Below are positions 54,238 to 58,425 of a stretch of DNA of 58,425 nucleotides, one piece after another (the first letter of the stretch is position 1; the number at the start of each line of letters is the position of its first letter). Under the pieces are notes generated by a model. That model made no database searches and was not told the DNA's origin. It saw nothing but the letters and a program-made list of their open reading frames with translations. The stretch lies in assembly GCA_027008345.1 (NCBI GenBank), contig JALTBU010000203.1:1-58425 (forward strand), in the 5' to 3' direction. Position numbers and translations under genes: made by a program. The DNA comes from Nautiliaceae bacterium. Lineage in GTDB: Bacteria; Campylobacterota; Campylobacteria; Campylobacterales; Nautiliaceae.

Positions 54238-55273
54238 TTTTTCCCATTATTTCATCATCTAATTTATCAAATTCATCAAATGGGGCACTTAATTTTTCAA
54301 AAATTTTTTCCAAAGTTAAAGCATTACTATCATTTATTTTAAAAATTTTATTATTTTCTGCTAAATAAAAATTTGCATTTTTAACTTTATAATAATCTGT
54401 ATATTTTTTTAAAGCTTCAATAATATATGGAGAATGAGAAGTTATTAAAATTTTAATATTTTCTTTAACTAATTTTACTATTAATTTTGCATACTCAATC
54501 TGCCATTTTGGATGAAGATGAACCTCAGGTTCGTCTATCAATAACACATATTTTTTATCTAAAAACCTGTTTTGATTAAGAAGTTGAATAACTCCAAAAG
54601 ATTTAATACCGCTTGCAGTATTAAACATTTTAATTTTTTCAGCTCTGTTATTTATATTTTTAAAATAACTGATTTCTCCGTTTTTTTCAACAACAAATTT
54701 ACCATTAATTAAATTTGAAATCATATTATCAATGAATTTTTTAATTTTTATCCTTAAAAATGTGTTTTGTGTTGTTAATTTATAATATAAATCCCAATAT
54801 GTATAAGGATATTTTATGTTAAAATCTAATCCTAAATCAAATTTTTTATTTTCTCTCATTTTTGATACACTATTAAAAAAATCTATAAAATCAAATATCA
54901 AAGGACTTTGAATAAATGTTGCATCGAAAAATCTTTCTTTTGCATCTATTTTTCTATAAAACTTTTTTACATAATTATTATCTTTCACTTCAACATCAAT
55001 TAAAATATCATTTTTTGAATTAAAAAATTTAATTTGACCATCCTTTGAAACATTAGCATCAAAAACATAATTAAACCTTATTGCCAATATCTCTTTTGCT
55101 CTTTTATCATTAACTTGTGAAATTTTAGAAATATTATCAGCTTTAACTAAGCTAAATAATGTTTTCAAAATCGTACTTTTCCCTGTATCATTTTCTCCTG
55201 CTATAACAGTAAGGCCGTCAAGTTTTACATCAGCTTCTTTTATTGCACCTATGTTTTTCAAATAGAGTCTCAT
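54230..55273 (-). CDS. ABC-type/SMC-head-like ATPase (AAA_15/AAA_21-like)
   Basis: 347 aa. The N-terminal IKEADVKLDGLTVIAGENDTGKSTILKTLF holds Walker A. ASGIKS is signature-like. YVLLIDEPEVHLHPKWQ holds Walker B and the D-loop. ILITSHSPYIIE holds the H-loop. Confidence 0.8.
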   Translation of the reverse strand: MRLYLKNIGAIKEADVKLDGLTVIAGENDTGKSTILKTLFSLVKADNISKISQVNDKRAKEILAIRFNYVFDANVSKDGQIKFFNSKNDILIDVEVKDNNYVKKFYRKIDAKERFFDATFIQSPLIFDFIDFFNSVSKMRENKKFDLGLDFNIKYPYTYWDLYYKLTTQNTFLRIKIKKFIDNMISNLINGKFVVEKNGEISYFKNINNRAEKIKMFNTASGIKSFGVIQLLNQNRFLDKKYVLLIDEPEVHLHPKWQIEYAKLIVKLVKENIKILITSHSPYIIEALKKYTDYYKVKNANFYLAENNKIFKINDSNALTLEKIFEKLSAPFDEFDKLDDEIMGKNG

Positions 55274-56133
55274 TTTATTCCCTTAAATAACATATATTCA
55301 TTTTTCTGCGCCCCGCTTGCTCTTGCGACCACATCGCATTTTACTTTAAAAAGATAAAAAACTTCTCTTTGACATTCATTATAAAGACATTCAAAATTTC
55401 CCATTCCTTTGCTTATAACCAAATCGGAATTATAAAATATATCTTTGCTTTGTTTATTGGCTTTATTTAAACAAAATCCGGGAGTATCAACACCGCTATC
55501 AATCACATCGGCAAGATTGAAAATTTCAAGTCCTTTTAAATCATCAATTGTCACATCATTTATAATAGGTTTTCCTCTAACAATATAATAAATTTTCACA
55601 TCAGGATTATATTCTTTTATTGTTTCAATAAGCAGTTCATCAAATACGTTTTCCCCTGCATTATCGGCTAAATAAGCAATCTTTTTTGCATTTAATATTT
55701 TGTTTTTCAATAAAAGATAATCATCTTTGAAAAATTTCATTTCAAATATTCTTTTAATTTCTTTTTGCAAATCATATTCCTGATTGACACCAAGGTCTAT
55801 CACATTCCCTGCAACTGCAATTTTACATGCATCATAAAGTCTATCTTTTGATTTAGACAGTCTTTTTTTAAGTATTGGCTTAAATTTAAGTGCCTCTTTA
55901 ATTGCTTCTTTTTTCTCTTTTTCAAACAAATCTCTTTTTTTAACTATTTCAGCCACACTTTCATATACATCACTTGCGATGATTGGAGGTTCAAAAGAGA
56001 GGTCATAAAATGAAAGTTTTTTTGCACCTTCTCTTAAAACCTTAGATGCAGTCTCTTCATCAAGATTTAATCTTTCAGTAATATTAAAAACCTGATTATA
56101 AATACACAAATAACATTCTTTGCTTATTTTCAT
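55270..56133 (-). CDS. DUF89-family (damage-control phosphatase-like) protein
   Basis: 287 aa. Cys-containing N-terminus (SKECYLCIYNQ), LADNAGENVFDELL and DLVISKGMGNFECL fit the DUF89/ARMT1-like pattern. Confidence 0.75.
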   Translation of the reverse strand: MKISKECYLCIYNQVFNITERLNLDEETASKVLREGAKKLSFYDLSFEPPIIASDVYESVAEIVKKRDLFEKEKKEAIKEALKFKPILKKRLSKSKDRLYDACKIAVAGNVIDLGVNQEYDLQKEIKRIFEMKFFKDDYLLLKNKILNAKKIAYLADNAGENVFDELLIETIKEYNPDVKIYYIVRGKPIINDVTIDDLKGLEIFNLADVIDSGVDTPGFCLNKANKQSKDIFYNSDLVISKGMGNFECLYNECQREVFYLFKVKCDVVARASGAQKNEYMLFKGIK

Positions 56134-56369
56134 TTAAGTCCGAGCTCCTTTTTGATTACAGGCTCATTAAATCCGCAAATCCATCTACTACCAATCAGTA
56201 TCACAGGAACACCCCTGCACCCGTGTCTTTCACAGTCTTTTGCTGCTTTTGCGTCTTTACTTATATCAATCTTGCTAAATCTTACTTTATTTTTTCTAAA
56301 AAACTGCTCAGCTCTTGTGCACCATATACATCCAGGCGCAGTAAATAAAACAACTCTTTTTTGAGCCAT
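56130..56369 (-). CDS. glutaredoxin-like (NrdH/YruB-type) small thioredoxin-fold protein
   Basis: 79 aa. VVLFTAPGCIWCTRAEQFF carries the CxxC motif, followed by RGVPVILIG, the cis-Pro region. It overlaps the DUF89 gene by 4 nt. Confidence 0.82.
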   Translation of the reverse strand: MAQKRVVLFTAPGCIWCTRAEQFFRKNKVRFSKIDISKDAKAAKDCERHGCRGVPVILIGSRWICGFNEPVIKKELGLK

Positions 56370-56393
56370 ATCTCCTCCTTCTATTTTAGTAAA

Positions 56394-56471
56394 TGGGTAG
56401 ATGGGTATAAGAGTATATGGGTAAAATTTATATCAAAAATTCACTCATTTACCCATCAACTCATTCACTCA
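56394..56471. repeat. inverted pair of octamer arrays (4 units in the G-rich orientation, a 14-nt spacer, 4 units in the C-rich orientation)
   Basis: tgggtaga tgggtata agagtata tgggtaaa (56394..56425), then atttatatcaaaaa, then ttcactca tttaccca tcaactca ttcactca (56440..56471). tgggtaaa and tttaccca are exact complements. The last unit overlaps the stop of the 154-aa gene. Confidence 0.85.
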
Positions 56472-56929
56472 TCTTCTTTATTTTCTTTTTTAAGTACCCT
56501 TCCCCACATAAGTTTATATTTTCTTCTACAAAATTCAAGTTCTTCTTGGCATATTTCAAGCTGTTTTTGAAGTCTTTCAATTGTTTTTTTAGACTCTTCA
56601 TAAACTTCTTGAATCGAATAAATTGATTCTTTTAAAAATTTATTTTCATCTTTTAATGCTTCAATCGTTTCATCTTTACTCATCAAAACTTTTTCATGAA
56701 GCGCTAAAAGCATACCAATTGTCCGCTCAGCAATAGAATTTTCTTTTTCAATTATTTGAAGCTCTTGAAGAGGAACGAGTGATTTCGCCACAGATTCAAC
56801 TTCAATAAAAATACCCTCTTCGTTTTTTTTACATTTAAGTTTTTTTTCTTTACAAAGTTTAATAATCTCTTTTTTATTTTTACCTGTGAGTTTAGAAAAC
56901 TCTTCTAAATTAAGCCAGGTTTGCATCAA
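56465..56929 (-). CDS. HTH (MerR/excisionase-like) plus coiled-coil protein, function unknown
   Basis: 154 aa. The N-terminal WLNLEEFSKLTGKNKKEIIKLCKEKKL looks like an HTH_17-type motif. The rest is heptad-like and Glu/Lys/Leu-rich. It overlaps purE by 4 nt. Confidence 0.6.
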   Translation of the reverse strand: MMQTWLNLEEFSKLTGKNKKEIIKLCKEKKLKCKKNEEGIFIEVESVAKSLVPLQELQIIEKENSIAERTIGMLLALHEKVLMSKDETIEALKDENKFLKESIYSIQEVYEESKKTIERLQKQLEICQEELEFCRRKYKLMWGRVLKKENKEDE

Positions 56930-57423
56930 TCAAGTCTTACCTCAACTTCTTTTGAATCCATTTCAACTTTTTTAGCCTGAGCTATTCTATCCTCTTCAAG
57001 TTTAGCTTTTAACTCATCATCGCTGTTTGCCAAAATCTGAAGTGCAAGATATGCCGCATTTTTAGCACCCGCTTTTCCTACTGCCAATGTAGCAACAGGC
57101 ATACCTCCTGGCATCTGGACAGTACTTAGCAAAGCATCTAATCCATCCATCATACCGCTTGGCATAGGAACACCTACAACCGGCCTTGTTGTCAAACTTG
57201 CTACCACACCGGCAAGATGAGCCGCCATTCCTGCACCGCATATAAATACTTTTGCACCCCTCTCTTCCGCCTCTTTTACATAAGAATGTGTTCTCTCAGG
57301 TGTCCTATGAGCCGATGTAATAATAAGCTCATATGGAATTTGAAATTTTTCAAGAACTTTTACAGCTTCCACCATTATTTCATAATCACTCTTACTTCCC
57401 ATTAAAATACTAACAAATCTCAT
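56926..57423 (-). CDS. purE: 5-(carboxyamino)imidazole ribonucleotide mutase
   Basis: 165 aa. ILMGSKSDYEIM, ITSAHRTPERT and GAGMAAHLAGVVAS are PurE motifs. Confidence 0.95.
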   Translation of the reverse strand: MRFVSILMGSKSDYEIMVEAVKVLEKFQIPYELIITSAHRTPERTHSYVKEAEERGAKVFICGAGMAAHLAGVVASLTTRPVVGVPMPSGMMDGLDALLSTVQMPGGMPVATLAVGKAGAKNAAYLALQILANSDDELKAKLEEDRIAQAKKVEMDSKEVEVRLD

Positions 57424-57432
57424 TTTTACTCC

Positions 57433-58425
57433 TTAAATCCCATTTGGGGAAAATTCTACTTTTTTTCTTAAAAATGTCAAATACGGCAGCTTACACGGAA
57501 GTTTAATAGGATTTTGGTTTCCGCTGTGGACCGCTTCTAATTCTTTACCGTTTATTGTCAAAATTTTATCAAGTCTTAAATACCAAACACCGTTTTGCTG
57601 ATAAATTTTTCCTATTTCATTTTTACATTCTGTTATTTCATCATTTGGAGCTAAAATCTCCAAAACATCCCCCGGGAAAATTTTATATTTACACATAAAA
57701 CTTTCACCATCTTCATTAACAATTCCGGCAACCTGCCATTCTCCATAAGTTAAAGATGTTTCAAGATTTTGAGTATCATGCCTCTCATATGGTCTTTTTA
57801 CAAGATAAGCATCTGTTAATCCTCTGTTTTTAGTCGTAAGTATTTCTTTATAATATTTTTCACACTCGCACTCACCTTTTTCAAACCATTCATCTATTGC
57901 ATCTCTGTATGCTTTTGTGACAACACCTACATAATATGGAGCTTTTGTACGCCCTTCTATTTTAAGACTGTCTATTACACCGGATTGTAAAATTTCAGGA
58001 ATATGATTTATAAGACACAAATCTTTTGCATTCATTATATATGTTCCGTTCTCATACTCTTCTAATTTAAACATAGTTCCGGTTTCTGGATTTTCGGCAT
58101 AAAGCGTATAAGGATACCTGCAATCATTCGCACAGCTTCCCTTATTTGGATTTCTTCCAAACTGAACAGCACTAAGTAGGCATCTTCCACTATACGCAAA
58201 ACACATTGCCCCATGTACAAAAATCTCTATTTCAACATCAGGAACTTTTTCTTTAATTTTTATTAAATCTTTAAGAGTCGTTTCACGAGCCGCTATTATT
58301 CTTTTGACCCCTACATCTTTATATGCTTTATAATCCCATGAATTCAGAGCATTTGCCTGTGTTGAAAGATGTATGTCAATTTCAGGTGCAATTTCTCTTG
58401 CTTTCATTATTACACCAAGTGTTGA
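57433..58425 (-). CDS. U32-family peptidase-like protein (partial; N-terminus beyond the right edge)
   Basis: IEIFVHGAMCFAYSGRCLLSAVQFGRNPNKGSCANDCRYPY is the U32 signature. The frame stays open upstream of the Met at 58407 (STLGVIM...) up to the window end. Confidence 0.88.
   Translation of the reverse strand, partial: STLGVIMKAREIAPEIDIHLSTQANALNSWDYKAYKDVGVKRIIAARETTLKDLIKIKEKVPDVEIEIFVHGAMCFAYSGRCLLSAVQFGRNPNKGSCANDCRYPYTLYAENPETGTMFKLEEYENGTYIMNAKDLCLINHIPEILQSGVIDSLKIEGRTKAPYYVGVVTKAYRDAIDEWFEKGECECEKYYKEILTTKNRGLTDAYLVKRPYERHDTQNLETSLTYGEWQVAGIVNEDGESFMCKYKIFPGDVLEILAPNDEITECKNEIGKIYQQNGVWYLRLDKILTINGKELEAVHSGNQNPIKLPCKLPYLTFLRKKVEFSPNGI

Noticed and set aside
56361-56626. Two 69-aa + strand ORFs across the 56.4-kb spacer.
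   Set aside because: They are translations of the octamer arrays and of the antisense strand of the 154-aa gene. The repetitive H/S/L/I peptides (THQLIHSSSLFSF, IYPSTHSLIFF) simply mirror the DNA repeat.

Overview
This is a 58.4-kb, very A+T-rich, gene-dense chromosomal segment. All calls rest on motif reading, because no database search was possible. Gene content and synteny point to a flagellated member of the Campylobacterota (epsilonproteobacteria): kdtA / HP0958-like / Nif3 / glyQ, fliK-flgD-flgE, a Maf gene, a giant FlgE and sigma-54 flagellar promoters. The Lys/Glu/Ile-rich proteins suggest a Nautiliales-type thermophile, but that is inference only. I count about 55 protein genes. I saw no rRNA, tRNA, CRISPR array, IS element, integrase or prophage.

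Layout:
- 1-3.9 kb: rpsI-rplM, two unknown genes, a UbiA-type prenyltransferase and miaA.
- 4-6.2 kb: a secreted TPR protein.
- 6.3-15.7 kb: a complex-I operon nuoA-B-CD-H-I-J-K-L-M-N with no nuoE/F/G, a fused NuoCD and a Lys-rich tail on NuoI.
- 15.9-18.3 kb: an AAA+ ATPase and rsmE.
- 18.3-28.8 kb: a seven-gene plus-strand operon that looks like a synthase-dependent exopolysaccharide machine of the PNAG type (poly-beta-1,6-N-acetylglucosamine). It encodes a response regulator, an atypical histidine kinase, a RecA-like/REC-like/GGDEF-remnant protein, a 1151-aa TPR-plus-beta-barrel exporter, a GT2 synthase, a 60-aa membrane peptide and a CE4 deacetylase.
- 28.8-37.5 kb: tolC / adaptor / RND pump (the pump has an odd N-terminal coiled coil), a haem-c-sensor GGDEF*-EAL protein and rdgB.
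- 37.6-43 kb: typA, polX with a degenerate PHP domain, and maf.
- 43-49.9 kb: fliK-flgD-flgE paralogue-flgE, with two sigma-54 promoters.
- 49.9-58.4 kb: housekeeping genes (DUF167, waaA, HP0958-like, Nif3, glyQ, DUF89, glutaredoxin-like, purE, U32 peptidase), interrupted by a two-gene ABC-type ATPase plus small PD-(D/E)xK nuclease-like cassette.

Most interesting:
- the ATPase plus nuclease-like pair, a candidate defence system;
- the exopolysaccharide operon and its unusual regulators;
- a dispersed family of intergenic arrays of a degenerate 8-bp unit (TYNAYYCA on the + strand) that no standard feature class explains;
- the NuoEFG-less complex I.
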